Notes: generated from the sequence alone by a model not told the origin. A DNA stretch of 59,145 nucleotides from an uncultured Methanosarcinales archaeon (GCA_964624275.1 CAZUXP010000003.1:1-59145); one strand, 5' to 3'. Shown: positions 28,251 to 38,320, numbered from the stretch's first letter. Translations and numbers: made by a program.

Positions 28251-28880
28251 TTATATTCTACCACTACGCATATATTCATCTAGATCATTTTGCGAGAGCA
28301 TTGAAGATTTTTGAAATTTCTGTTGAAATTTTGTTTTTTTTTGACGTAAAAAATACCCGTAAACAAGACCAAAAACAAGTCCCCCTAAATGTGCCGCATG
28401 GCCGATACTAAGCATGGGTTTAAATAAACCTATTAGATCAAAGACACCTAAAAATATTACTAGTTGCCACAACTTCATAGGTATAAAAAAGAATAATAAT
28501 ATTTCGATTCTCGGATACGTAAATACAAGTGCTCCTAATATTGCAATAATTGCTCCACTAGCACCTAGTGACGCACCTGAACTCAAAAGAGAATATAAAA
28601 TTGAACCTGAAATACCACCCACTAAATAGAATAATATAAATTTTTTAACACCTAACATTCTTTCTAATAAAGGTCCAAAAAAAAATAAAACCATCATATT
28701 TAATATAATATGAAAAATTGTTTCAGTACTGTGTAAGAACATTGAACTCACAAGTCTCCAAGGCTCAGAAAAAGCAAATTCAGGTATTAATATAAATGCT
28801 TGCGTAAATCCCGGAATTACCCATTGTAAAAAATATATTAAAACATTTAAACCAATTATAATCTGTATACTTGATTTCAT
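28251..28880 (-). CDS. Rhomboid-family intramembrane serine protease
   Basis: GASGAIIAILGA (catalytic Ser) and HAAHLGGLVFG (His), with six TM helices. Confidence 0.85.
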   Translation of the reverse strand: MKSSIQIIIGLNVLIYFLQWVIPGFTQAFILIPEFAFSEPWRLVSSMFLHSTETIFHIILNMMVLFFFGPLLERMLGVKKFILFYLVGGISGSILYSLLSSGASLGASGAIIAILGALVFTYPRIEILLFFFIPMKLWQLVIFLGVFDLIGLFKPMLSIGHAAHLGGLVFGLVYGYFLRQKKTKFQQKFQKSSMLSQNDLDEYMRSGRI

Positions 28881-29458
28881 TTTGTATCACGGGAAATTTG
28901 AACTGATTGACCCTGGTCAAATCGGACTATTTTAGATGGCGTCCCCTCAATCTCCCCATCATACACAATAAAATCAATTCCTTTTTGAATGTCTTCATCT
29001 AAATTTTCTAAACTAATCATCCATCTTCGCCCTTTTTTATTTACACTTGTCGTAATAAGAGGATAACCCAGTTTTTGCACAAATGTCGAAATGTAATGAT
29101 CAGGAAGTCGGATCCCTATTGTATCTAGATTTGGAGAAACATCTTTTGAAAATAATGTGTCATTTTTTAACGGTAAAATAATCGTAATCGGACCAGGTAA
29201 TTGCTCAATAAAACTTTCAGCTTCAGGTGGAACTATACAGTTATCATAAATCCACTCTTTATTTGGAACGATAACCGAAAATGGATTTTGCGGATTATCT
29301 TTTAATTCACGAACTTTCTGCACACTTTTATTTAATAATGCATTACAACCCATACCATAAATAGTATCTGTTGGATAAATAATCACTGAACCAGATTTGA
29401 CCTGACTTATGTAACCATTCATGTGCTCAATGAATTCTTGACGAGTTACGACTTTCAT
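28877..29458 (-). CDS. tsaC: L-threonylcarbamoyladenylate synthase, YrdC/TsaC type (short Sua5)
   Basis: IIYPTDTIYGMGCNA and SVNKKG motifs. 193 aa. Confidence 0.85.
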   Translation of the reverse strand: MKVVTRQEFIEHMNGYISQVKSGSVIIYPTDTIYGMGCNALLNKSVQKVRELKDNPQNPFSVIVPNKEWIYDNCIVPPEAESFIEQLPGPITIILPLKNDTLFSKDVSPNLDTIGIRLPDHYISTFVQKLGYPLITTSVNKKGRRWMISLENLDEDIQKGIDFIVYDGEIEGTPSKIVRFDQGQSVQISRDTK

Positions 29459-29690
29459 ACTATTTGGAATTAAAAGACTCTTTAAAAAAGTAGTTATTTT
29501 TACACAACATTATTTAAAAATAAACGTATAAAACAGTTATTTTTCCCGTAATGTCTTTTTAGTAAAATTCGTCATTTGCGTAAAAAATAATTGTCTGATT
29601 GTCTGTGTATCCATTTGCATTTATATCACCTATACAAGAGGATAACAGACTTTGTTTATATATCGTTAGTGTACAGTTGTCTAGTGCGTC

Positions 29691-30773
29691 TTATGAGAAT
29701 TCTTCTAATGTTTTTGTTTGCGTATTATATGAAATAATCGATGTATTCCCCTTAATTCCACCTTCTAAACGATTCAAAGTGATAAATTTACCTTCTTGTA
29801 ATTTGGCAATTTTTCGAGTAAATGTTTTATAAGACATTTCTCCACGATATTGGTTATCATATAATTTATATAAATCACCAATTTTACTAGGAGAATTTTG
29901 TTTGATAAGAATTAAAATTTGTTGAGTTTCTTTTGCAAGATCAGTCGTACTTTTAATTTTAAAATCATGAAGTTTTGATAGTGCTTCTTTTGCCTGTGTT
30001 AGTGTTATTTGACGCAACGATTTTTCTTCAGTTAATAATCCTGTTTCTTTGAGTAAATAAAGACCAGAACGAATATCTTGTAAATCAAATGTTTTTTGTG
30101 CGATACAATCAAAAGCCTCAGTCTGCCAAACTTTTGGAACAAATGCTAATTCTACTCGCTGTTTTAAAATTCCTTTTGTTTCCTCTAACGAATACGGTTT
30201 AAATTCAAGAAGTTCAGGTGTTAATCGAGATCGAATTCTCGTGTCAATATCCATTATTGCATCTTTATAATTTGTTAATAATATAATTGATTTCTTTTTA
30301 ATCTTTTCAAGTATGAGATATAAAAAGTCTAAATCATCGGTTTTATCTATTTCATCAAACACAAATACAACAGAAAATTTATTTAAGAGTTTTGCGACAA
30401 TTTCAAATAACTCATCTGCCTTTTTATTATGTGTGAATTTATATTCAATTAAATGACAAAGTTCTAATATAACTTTATATGATGTGTTTTTTTTCCAACA
30501 ATTAACATAAAGCGGTATAATCTGATCAGTTTTTTCTTCAATTTCTTGCAAAATATGTTTTGTTGCAACCGTTTTTCCAACACCTGGAGGTCCAAATACG
30601 AGAATGTTTCTTCCCGTTCGTTCTGAAAATAATGGCGAAATACATGTTGCAATACGCTTTTGTTGTACTTCTCGATAGGGAAGGAGTTTTGGTACATATT
30701 CGTATGAAAGCGCGGTCTCATTTACAAACAAACTTTCATTTTCGGATAACATATCATCAAATATCGAACTCAT
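29691..30773 (-). CDS. cdc6: Orc1/Cdc6 replication initiator
   Basis: Walker A GPPGVGKT, Walker B VVFVFDEID and a C-terminal winged-helix region. Confidence 0.9.
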   Translation of the reverse strand: MSSIFDDMLSENESLFVNETALSYEYVPKLLPYREVQQKRIATCISPLFSERTGRNILVFGPPGVGKTVATKHILQEIEEKTDQIIPLYVNCWKKNTSYKVILELCHLIEYKFTHNKKADELFEIVAKLLNKFSVVFVFDEIDKTDDLDFLYLILEKIKKKSIILLTNYKDAIMDIDTRIRSRLTPELLEFKPYSLEETKGILKQRVELAFVPKVWQTEAFDCIAQKTFDLQDIRSGLYLLKETGLLTEEKSLRQITLTQAKEALSKLHDFKIKSTTDLAKETQQILILIKQNSPSKIGDLYKLYDNQYRGEMSYKTFTRKIAKLQEGKFITLNRLEGGIKGNTSIISYNTQTKTLEEFS

Positions 30774-30927
30774 AATATATCTAAATATTGTTTTTCTTAA
30801 AAAGGTTCTTATTTTATATCAAAATTATAATATGAATTATAATATAAATATACAATATCTATATTTGATACATAAAACCGAAACATTCTTAATAGATAAG
30901 TTGAGACAAAAATATAGAGGAGATATT

Positions 30928-31368
30928 ATGACAAATAAAGGAAAAAAAGTATCTGTAGAATACACGGGCACATTTGACGATGGCGTTGAGTTTGATAGCT
31001 CAAAAAAACACGGTAAACCGCTTGAATTTGTTGCGGGAGAAGGCCAAGTTGTTGCAGGATTTGATAATGCTGTTGTTGAAATGAAAGTTGGCGAAGAGAA
31101 AAAAATTCGTCTTGAAGCAACAGATGCATATGGTGAACGAAAAGAAGAATTAAGTAAAAAAGTTCCAAAAGATCAAGTTCCAGGAGATATTACGCCTGAA
31201 GTAGGTATGCAAATTGGTATCACACTTGGCGATGGACGACAATTTCCAGCTTTAATATCAGATGTGAGTGAAAGTGAAATTACGCTTGATTTAAATCACC
31301 CATTGGCAGGAAAATCACTTAATTTTGAATTAAAATTAGTTGATGTCCAAGATGCAAAAGCTGAATAA
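30928..31368 (+). CDS. FKBP-type peptidyl-prolyl isomerase with an insert-in-flap domain (SlyD-like short archaeal FKBP)
   Basis: VSVEYTGTFDDGVEFDSS...LEFVAGEGQVVAGFDNAV...NHPLAGKSLNFELKLVDV. The ATG at 30928 is preceded by GAGGAG. Confidence 0.85.
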   Translation: MTNKGKKVSVEYTGTFDDGVEFDSSKKHGKPLEFVAGEGQVVAGFDNAVVEMKVGEEKKIRLEATDAYGERKEELSKKVPKDQVPGDITPEVGMQIGITLGDGRQFPALISDVSESEITLDLNHPLAGKSLNFELKLVDVQDAKAE

Positions 31369-31563
31369 GTTAAAATGTATACAGTAAATGGTACAAACCA
31401 TTTCTTTTTCTTCTTTTTTTAATATGTGACAATAAACAACTTGTATAAACATAATCTTATCTCTTAATTCATACAAAATCATTGTTTTGTAATAAAATAC
31501 CACCCAATAGCATAACACCATAAAAAAAACACATTTAAATAGGAATAGTCTTAAAAAGACTCT

Positions 31564-32073
31564 ATGAGTACAAAAACCAATATCCCTGTTAATTTACCAT
31601 TACGATTTAGTGGAACATTTGATTATGAAGGATTTTATCGATTTATCATAAAATGGATGTCAGATCGAAAGATGAAATGTTTTGAGAGTCCATATAAAAA
31701 TAAAGAATCTGGACCTGGAATGATTGAAATTGAATCAAAGATAAAAGGAGAAGTAAAACTTGATGAATACCAGAAATTTACCTGTACAGTTAAATATAAA
31801 GCAATAGATATGAGGTATATTGACGTTGAAATAAATGGACAAAAACAAAAACGATCCTATGGACGGATTTGGATTGACTTTAGTGGCGAAATTGAAAGCG
31901 ATTATCAGAATATATTCGGAAAAACACCTCTAAGTACAAAACTAGGAATACTTTTAAATCAAATCTTAAAAAAAGATACAACGAAAAATCATGTTGAGCA
32001 TTTTCGCGTTGAACTGATTAATTTACATAATGACGCAAAACAGTTTTTTAGTTCGGAGACTCAAGTAGAATGA
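31564..32073 (+). CDS. Uncharacterised protein, paralog 1 of the three-paralog cassette
   Basis: 169 aa. RFSGTF...VEINGQKQKRSYGRIWIDFSGE...helical tail. Overlaps the next gene by 4 nt. Confidence 0.6.
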   Translation: MSTKTNIPVNLPLRFSGTFDYEGFYRFIIKWMSDRKMKCFESPYKNKESGPGMIEIESKIKGEVKLDEYQKFTCTVKYKAIDMRYIDVEINGQKQKRSYGRIWIDFSGEIESDYQNIFGKTPLSTKLGILLNQILKKDTTKNHVEHFRVELINLHNDAKQFFSSETQVE

Positions 32074-32606
32074 CTGAAAAAAAACTCTTATCTCAAGGAA
32101 TACAAATTAGCCATACGGGATTATTTAGACCAAAAATTATTGAAGAGCTTATGCAAAAGTCTGTTCAAAAACAAGGATATCATTTAGAAAATGTCTCACA
32201 CGATGTTTCAGTGCAAGAACAAACAAAAAATCATACCTCAACATTTACCTTTACAAAATCACTCACTGAATATGACAGTTCATCATTAGTTGTCAATTGT
32301 TCGTTTACAAATATGAAACCAACAAAAGTTGTACAAAATGATGTTGAATCACAAGCACAAAAAGGAACTGTCACGGTTAGTTTTACTGCACATAGGCTTT
32401 CAAAACGCGAAGGATTTTTTAAAAGTTCAATGAGCGGAACAACCTCATATATGAGGTATTTTTTCCACATACTTTTTTCAAAATTTATAAAACGATCAAA
32501 ATATGATAATGTTGGAAATGTTGTTGAGAATGAAATTCGGCAAATGCAAGATGATTTAGCGACATTTATCAAACATAAAAAATATCACGAGGTAGAAAAT
32601 GCCTGA
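32070..32606 (+). CDS. Uncharacterised protein, paralog 2, the most divergent
   Basis: 178 aa. ISHTGLF...KGTVTVSFTAH...helical tail. Overlaps both neighbours. Confidence 0.6.
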   Translation: MTEKKLLSQGIQISHTGLFRPKIIEELMQKSVQKQGYHLENVSHDVSVQEQTKNHTSTFTFTKSLTEYDSSSLVVNCSFTNMKPTKVVQNDVESQAQKGTVTVSFTAHRLSKREGFFKSSMSGTTSYMRYFFHILFSKFIKRSKYDNVGNVVENEIRQMQDDLATFIKHKKYHEVENA

Positions 32607-33105
32607 ACAAACACCGATCACAAAACCAAAAAAAATTTCTTATAATGGACTATTTTCATTTAAAGAAGTACACGAGATTATTTTAAAACACTGGGATGAT
32701 TTAGGATACGATAAAATTGATATCAAACATGAAATTAAAGTTTTAAAAACAAAAACGCAATATGACTTATGGAACTCTTTTGAATATGAATATACTGATC
32801 AAGAAGCAGTAAACATATTTCAAATTATAAATGGCGAATCACAAAAAAAAGTTGAAGTTAAAATAAACGGTGAAAAACGAACATTAGATCAAGGGACATT
32901 TTTTATTCAATTTACAGGCCGTTTGAGAACTGATATCGATGATATCTGGAGAAGTAAAGGGATATATCATATTTTAAGTTATTTTGCAAACACATACATA
33001 TTTAAAAAACATTTAACCCAAATCAAAAAAAAAGGAATGAATGATTGTGATGTACTTTACGAAAAATTACTGAGATATTTTAATACGTACCGAGACTATG
33101 ACTAA
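32599..33105 (+). CDS. Uncharacterised protein, paralog 3
   Basis: 168 aa. ISYNGLF...VEVKINGEKRTLDQGTFFIQFTGR...helical tail. Confidence 0.6.
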   Translation: MPEQTPITKPKKISYNGLFSFKEVHEIILKHWDDLGYDKIDIKHEIKVLKTKTQYDLWNSFEYEYTDQEAVNIFQIINGESQKKVEVKINGEKRTLDQGTFFIQFTGRLRTDIDDIWRSKGIYHILSYFANTYIFKKHLTQIKKKGMNDCDVLYEKLLRYFNTYRDYD

Positions 33106-33487
33106 AATGACAGAATCTATCTTTGAATTAAAAAAAACAAAAAATCCACTCTGGACTCACTATGATATTTTATATGGTGAATCTTTAGCAGAAAAAAACT
33201 GGCATACTGCACTTTTACTTACAGAATTTGCAACCGAAAATATTGATATACATTGTGCAATTGATTTTGCATTACACGATGGTTTAAAACCATTTGATAC
33301 TCACACATCGGAAGGACGGTTTGTATTAGAAGTACAAGCTCTCCAAACAATCTTACAAGCAATATCGTATGAGAAACAATACGAATTAGATTTAACTGAT
33401 GTTATTGTTGAGCAAGAAAAAATGATTACAAGTCCTCATTTAATTTCATATGTAGCAAAATTTTTAATTAAACGAACAAATACCTAG
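33098..33487 (+). CDS. Uncharacterised 129-aa protein, fourth gene of the cassette
   Basis: 8-nt overlap with the preceding gene. Mostly helical by composition, with no recognisable motif. Confidence 0.55.
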   Translation: MTKMTESIFELKKTKNPLWTHYDILYGESLAEKNWHTALLLTEFATENIDIHCAIDFALHDGLKPFDTHTSEGRFVLEVQALQTILQAISYEKQYELDLTDVIVEQEKMITSPHLISYVAKFLIKRTNT

Positions 33488-33574
33488 ATACTTCTGAGTT
33501 ATGCGGTATAGTAGATTAAAAATTTTATACACTCACTGGGAAAGTTTCGAAGTGAAAAAATTTTCAAAGAAAAA

Positions 33575-33645
33575 TGCACTCACCGGGAATCGAACCCGGG
33601 CCACAGCCTTGGCAAGGCCATATTGTACCATTCAACCATGAGTGC
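33575..33645 (-). tRNA. tRNA-Gly (anticodon GCC)
   Basis: Minus strand: acceptor GCACTCA/TGAGTGC, anticodon loop TTGCCAA, T arm CCGGG-TTCGATT-CCCGG. Confidence 0.88.
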
Positions 33646-33730
33646 GCACTATTTAGAAACGATAAATGCACCCCATTTAAAAATATTTTGTTTAACAACT
33701 TTTAAAAACACAGAATAAATCTCTTATACT

Positions 33731-34168
33731 ATGAACAACATGCAACAAATCGCAGACGAGTATGCACAAATCCTTACTGAATTGCCAACAAGATGGGATA
33801 TGCTTCAAACATTAATCGAAATTGGAAAAGATTTATCTAAATTTGATGAAAAACAAAAAATCCCAGAAAATCTTGCACCAAATTGTATATCGCAAGTTTA
33901 TATAACCGTTTCAATTCATAATAATCTCTTGCAACCCAATATTACTGCTGATGCACATATTGTCAAAGGGTTTGCAAAAATTATGCAAGATATGTTCACA
34001 GACGTGACTATTACAGAATTTGAAGAACACGCAAAAACAATTATTCAAGATTTTATTACAAAAACAAATATAGATTCAAGTTTTCTATCTTCACGTGCAA
34101 ATGCGTTTGGAAATATGTTTGAATTTTTACAACAAAAAGTTATGAAAATGAATGAGCATCAACCATAA
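33731..34168 (+). CDS. sufE: SufE-like sulfur-acceptor protein
   Basis: ENLAPNCISQVYITV corresponds to the G-C-x-S-x-V-W active-site Cys loop. ADAHIVKGFAKIM corresponds to SDA-x-IVKG. Confidence 0.6.
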   Translation: MNNMQQIADEYAQILTELPTRWDMLQTLIEIGKDLSKFDEKQKIPENLAPNCISQVYITVSIHNNLLQPNITADAHIVKGFAKIMQDMFTDVTITEFEEHAKTIIQDFITKTNIDSSFLSSRANAFGNMFEFLQQKVMKMNEHQP

Positions 34169-34937
34169 CTGGTTTTGTTTTTTGTGAAAACCGCCGTTGA
34201 ATTTCTTCAGTACATTTTTTCTTATGCTCATTAAACGGCGAATCAATGTTACCAATCTCGTATTGTTCGATATCAAAACCTTTTAAAAGAATTTCTCGAA
34301 CAAGAGACAATATATATTTGTAATGTTCTAAAATTTCTTCTTTTGTAAACGTATATTCTTTTGTAATCTTTAATTTTAAATATTCAAACACAATTTTTTT
34401 CGGAACAATACCATATTTTAAATACACTAATAAAGAATACATTTTTCCTTGTAATTCAAACGAATCATCTTGTTTAACTGAATTATTTGTTTTCCAATCA
34501 ACTAAAATTATTGAACCACCATCCTCAACAACTTTACAATCGATAAACCCTTTGATATTAATTTGTGCTTGAGGCGTATCCACGATACGAAACTGAATAA
34601 GTTCTTCATGGTGTGTCTCAGAATACTGATTCGATAATAATTCAACACCGTATAACATTGCATAATAATATATTTCTTTACTCAAAGGTTGACCATTTAA
34701 TCCTAATTGAGAATCTAAATCTTTTTCATCCCATTTTTGCATAAAAAGTTTTGTTGGATCAACTCGTCTGCATTGTTCAAGTGTTTCATGCACTACATTA
34801 CCTGCTTGTCCATAACAAGTTGGAACAAGGGAGTCTGGTTTTGCTTTTTGAATTTGTTGATAATAAAACACCAATTGAGATTCTAGATACTGATTTAGCG
34901 AACTTGCACTCATATTAAAGATTATTTTTTTACTCAT
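34140..34937 (-). CDS. PD-(D/E)XK nuclease, RecB/Cas4-like fold without the Cas4 Cys cluster
   Basis: GNVVHETLE, FIDCKV...ILVDWKT (D...D-x-K) and LQGKMYSLL (Q-x3-Y). Confidence 0.6.
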   Translation of the reverse strand: MSKKIIFNMSASSLNQYLESQLVFYYQQIQKAKPDSLVPTCYGQAGNVVHETLEQCRRVDPTKLFMQKWDEKDLDSQLGLNGQPLSKEIYYYAMLYGVELLSNQYSETHHEELIQFRIVDTPQAQINIKGFIDCKVVEDGGSIILVDWKTNNSVKQDDSFELQGKMYSLLVYLKYGIVPKKIVFEYLKLKITKEYTFTKEEILEHYKYILSLVREILLKGFDIEQYEIGNIDSPFNEHKKKCTEEIQRRFSQKTKPVMVDAHSFS

Positions 34938-35036
34938 TATATATTTATTATAAACTCATCATTTTAAAATGTACCTATTACATTTGTCTAGTGGAGCAAA
35001 AGACTTTTTAAATAAACACATATTTTTCATCATATT

Positions 35037-36194
35037 ATGGTTTTAATCAAAAATCACGCAATAAATCTGGATGAAAGAACTCTGCAACAAATGAAGAGTT
35101 GTGCTGATCAGCCTTTTGTTGTTGATGCAGCACTTATGCCTGATGCACATGCAGGATATGTTGCTCCAATCGGAGCAATCTTAGTTACAAAAGGAGTCGT
35201 TGTACCGTCTTGGGTTGGTTTTGATATTGGATGCGGGATGACCGCAGTTAAAATTACCACACCAGAGATATTTGAAAAAATACAACGAAAAAAACAATTA
35301 TTGTATGATACAGTAAAAACATTTGTTCCAATGGGTATGGGTAAACTTCGAAATGCACAGACTGTCACAGAAGAATCAATAAAAACATTTACCAAACTTG
35401 TAATGCAATTTGAACAAAAACCATATCAAAAAAATATTCTTAATCTCATAAAATCCGCTAGTTCAAATCACTTAGGAACATTGGGTGATGGAAATCATTT
35501 TATTGAATTATGTGTAAATGAGGATAATAATTCTGTGTGGATTGTTGTTCACTGTGGTTCACGAGGAATTGGATATAAGTTAGCCCAGCATTATATGAAA
35601 ATTGCTGCAAAAAACGAACAAAATTTTGAACAAACATTTGCTTTAGATGAAAATACACAAGACGCACAAGAATATTTGAATGTCTTAGAGTTCGGGCTAG
35701 AATTTGCATTATTAAACAGACTTGAAATTATTCGACAAACCATTACAGCTTTTGAATCTGTTTTGAATCAAAAAATTGAGTGGGAATTATGGACAAATAA
35801 AAATCATAATCATGTTATTTTCGAAAACGAATTATATATTCATCGCAAAGGTGCTACGCCAGCAAAAAAAGGTGAACGCGGAGTTATTCCAGGCACGATG
35901 AAAGATGGTTCTTTTTTAGTTGAAGGATTAGGTAACAATGATTTTATTCAAAGCTCATCTCATGGAGCTGGAAGACTTATGGGGCGAGTGCACGCAAAAA
36001 AAACACTGACACTTGATTCTTTTCAACAAGATATGAAAGATATTGTTGGAACAATTTCACAAGACACATTAGATGAAGCACCACAAGCATATAAAAACAT
36101 TTATGAAGTAATGGATTTACAAAAAGAAAGTGTGAAAATCATCCAACACCTCAAACCACTTATTAATTGGAAAGGAACAAATAAGCATGGATAA
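35037..36194 (+). CDS. rtcB: RtcB RNA ligase, short form of 385 aa
   Basis: MPDAHAGYVAPIGAI, GSRGIG, NKNHNHV and HGAGR motifs. Confidence 0.9.
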   Translation: MVLIKNHAINLDERTLQQMKSCADQPFVVDAALMPDAHAGYVAPIGAILVTKGVVVPSWVGFDIGCGMTAVKITTPEIFEKIQRKKQLLYDTVKTFVPMGMGKLRNAQTVTEESIKTFTKLVMQFEQKPYQKNILNLIKSASSNHLGTLGDGNHFIELCVNEDNNSVWIVVHCGSRGIGYKLAQHYMKIAAKNEQNFEQTFALDENTQDAQEYLNVLEFGLEFALLNRLEIIRQTITAFESVLNQKIEWELWTNKNHNHVIFENELYIHRKGATPAKKGERGVIPGTMKDGSFLVEGLGNNDFIQSSSHGAGRLMGRVHAKKTLTLDSFQQDMKDIVGTISQDTLDEAPQAYKNIYEVMDLQKESVKIIQHLKPLINWKGTNKHG

Positions 36195-37095
36195 GAAATA
36201 CAAAGAAGATTTTCTCAAAGCAGGAGAAATCGCTGGAAAAGTACGTTCATATGGATTAACACTGATAAAACCCGGTGCATCATACAATGATGTTATTACA
36301 AAAGTATTACTAAAAATTGCAGAACTCGGTGGCGAACCAGCATTTCCTCCACAAATTGCATTAAATGAATGTGCTGCGCATTTTTTACCTGAACCTGATG
36401 AAGATATTATCTTTAAAGATCAAGTTATATCTTTAGATGTAGGCGTCAGTGTTAATGGCGCAATTGGTGATTGTGAGACAACTATTGACTTATCAGGCAA
36501 ATATCAACATATTGTTGATGCAAGTCGTGAAGCACTTATTCAAGCCCTTCAAACAATAAAAGTCGGTGTGAAAATAAGTGAAATCGGCGCTGCAATCGAA
36601 AACATTGCAAAAAAACATGGTTTGGAACCTGTTCGAAATTTAAGTGGACATGGATTAGATAAATATGTTGTACATACCACTCCATCAATACCTAATTATA
36701 ATACACAATCAGATGAGATAATCCGACCAGGCATGACATTTGCCGTTGAGCCTTTTATTACAGATGGAAAAGGAATTATTTATGATGCAGGAAATCCAAA
36801 AATATTTTCATTTACGCAAAAACGAGCTATTCGCTCACCCATCACAAAAGAAATCTTAAAAAAAATTACTGCAAAACAAGGTCTTCCATTTTCAATTCAC
36901 GAATTAGTTAATCACAAAACACCGCTATTTAAAGTCAAATACGCACTCCAAGATTTATTACGAAATAATGTGATTCAAGGATACGCTCCACTTATTGATG
37001 AAAATAAAGGAATTGTTGCTCAAAGTGAAAATACCGTTTTAGTTGATGAGGATGGAACAGTTATTATCACAACTGAACCGGATTGTTTAAAATGA
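36187..37095 (+). CDS. map: Methionine aminopeptidase, type 2 (archaeal)
   Basis: AFPPQIALNECAAHFLP, DVGVSVNGAIGD and SGHGL motifs. Confidence 0.9.
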   Translation: MDKKYKEDFLKAGEIAGKVRSYGLTLIKPGASYNDVITKVLLKIAELGGEPAFPPQIALNECAAHFLPEPDEDIIFKDQVISLDVGVSVNGAIGDCETTIDLSGKYQHIVDASREALIQALQTIKVGVKISEIGAAIENIAKKHGLEPVRNLSGHGLDKYVVHTTPSIPNYNTQSDEIIRPGMTFAVEPFITDGKGIIYDAGNPKIFSFTQKRAIRSPITKEILKKITAKQGLPFSIHELVNHKTPLFKVKYALQDLLRNNVIQGYAPLIDENKGIVAQSENTVLVDEDGTVIITTEPDCLK

Positions 37096-38210
37096 AATTA
37101 TTCATTCTTGAAACATTTTTCACAAAAGTTTTGTATTTTGCACCAGTATTTTGGTTATTTTATTTTTTAGAGTTTTTGACATTTACTCAGATTGGAATCT
37201 TATTTAGTATCCATACAATTTTAATTGCAGTCTTAGAAATTCCAACCGGTTTATTTGCAGATACATACGGGCGGAAAAAAAGTATTTTTGTAAGTTACGC
37301 AATAGAAATTCCATCATTTTTTATACTCTTTTTCACACAAAGTTTTCTATTTTCACTTATTGCATTCATGCTTCTTTCCGTATCACATTCGTTTTATTCA
37401 GGAGCAAAAGAAGCATGGGTTGTTGATTTATTACCAGCTAAAAAACATTACCGATTTTTTCAAATCGATATGAGTTTTAAACATCTTGCTCTTTTTATCT
37501 CAGGAATTATTGGGTACTTTGCAATGAGTAGTTTTGAACTTAAATGGATTTGGATCTTTGGAGCGATTTCATCAATTCTTGCACTTATACCATTACTGTT
37601 TATCCCTGATGTAATAGAAAAAAAACAAAAAATTCAAATAAAAAAAATAACGACATATGTTTTACATAAAAAACATCTTCAAATGCTTTTAATATTACTT
37701 AGTGTAGGAATGATTGCATATGGGATGGCAGGCTCAATTCAATGGACAGCGTATATTCAAAGTATTGGTTTGGATATTGCGTCATTTGGGTTATTATGGT
37801 CAGTTATGAGTATTATCACAATCATATCTCAGTGGATTTTTACCGATTCAAAAAAACAGACAAAAAGAGTTATGAGTCTTTCATTTTTATTATGGGGTTT
37901 AAGTTGTATAAGTGTTTTATATATTTTTAATCCATTTATTGCAATAACTGTTCTTCTTGCAACCGTATTATTTGATTTTATGCGGTATCCAACAGAACGA
38001 AAACTTATTCAAAGCTTTTTTACTAAAAAAATGCGAGCTTCACTTGGTTCATTTGAATCATTAGTGTATGCAATCGCAGGTGGATTAGGTTTATTTATTT
38101 CAGGAATTATTATCGATTTCACATCACCGCAAACTTCGATTTTTATTTCAGGAATCATATTAGTTTTGATTAGTTTTTGTTTTATAATAATAAACATCAG
38201 TGAGAACTGA
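37092..38210 (+). CDS. MFS-type transporter
   Basis: About 12 TM helices and a GLFADTYGRKK loop (MFS motif A-like). The ATG at 37092 overlaps the map stop (ATGA); the track used a TTG at 37083. Confidence 0.7.
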   Translation: MKLFILETFFTKVLYFAPVFWLFYFLEFLTFTQIGILFSIHTILIAVLEIPTGLFADTYGRKKSIFVSYAIEIPSFFILFFTQSFLFSLIAFMLLSVSHSFYSGAKEAWVVDLLPAKKHYRFFQIDMSFKHLALFISGIIGYFAMSSFELKWIWIFGAISSILALIPLLFIPDVIEKKQKIQIKKITTYVLHKKHLQMLLILLSVGMIAYGMAGSIQWTAYIQSIGLDIASFGLLWSVMSIITIISQWIFTDSKKQTKRVMSLSFLLWGLSCISVLYIFNPFIAITVLLATVLFDFMRYPTERKLIQSFFTKKMRASLGSFESLVYAIAGGLGLFISGIIIDFTSPQTSIFISGIILVLISFCFIIINISEN

Positions 38211-38320
38211 TTTTTTGACAAAATAACTTTACCCTCGTGCTCCACCCAACATAGAGATGTTTTTATCAAAGAGTAGTTAATGGGGGAAGATTTATAAATA
38301 TAGTATCTTTCAATCAGTTT

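Noticed and set aside
29599-29832. 77-aa plus-strand ORF spanning the cdc6 3' end and the upstream spacer
   Set aside because: It overlaps the well-supported orc1/cdc6 gene on the other strand, has no SD-like leader and has no recognisable features.
9383-31560. Recurring AGAGTCT(G/T)TTT-like motif in several spacers (about 9385, 21215, 23812, 25916, 29475, 31550)
   Set aside because: The 7-mer core is expected several times by chance in ~118 kb of two-strand AT-rich sequence by my rough estimate. Only the copies embedded in longer alignments (reported separately) are meaningful.
34140-34168. 29-nt overlap of the convergent 3' ends of sufE-like and the PD-(D/E)XK nuclease genes
   Set aside because: Convergent terminal overlaps are common in compact genomes, and no additional signal is seen.
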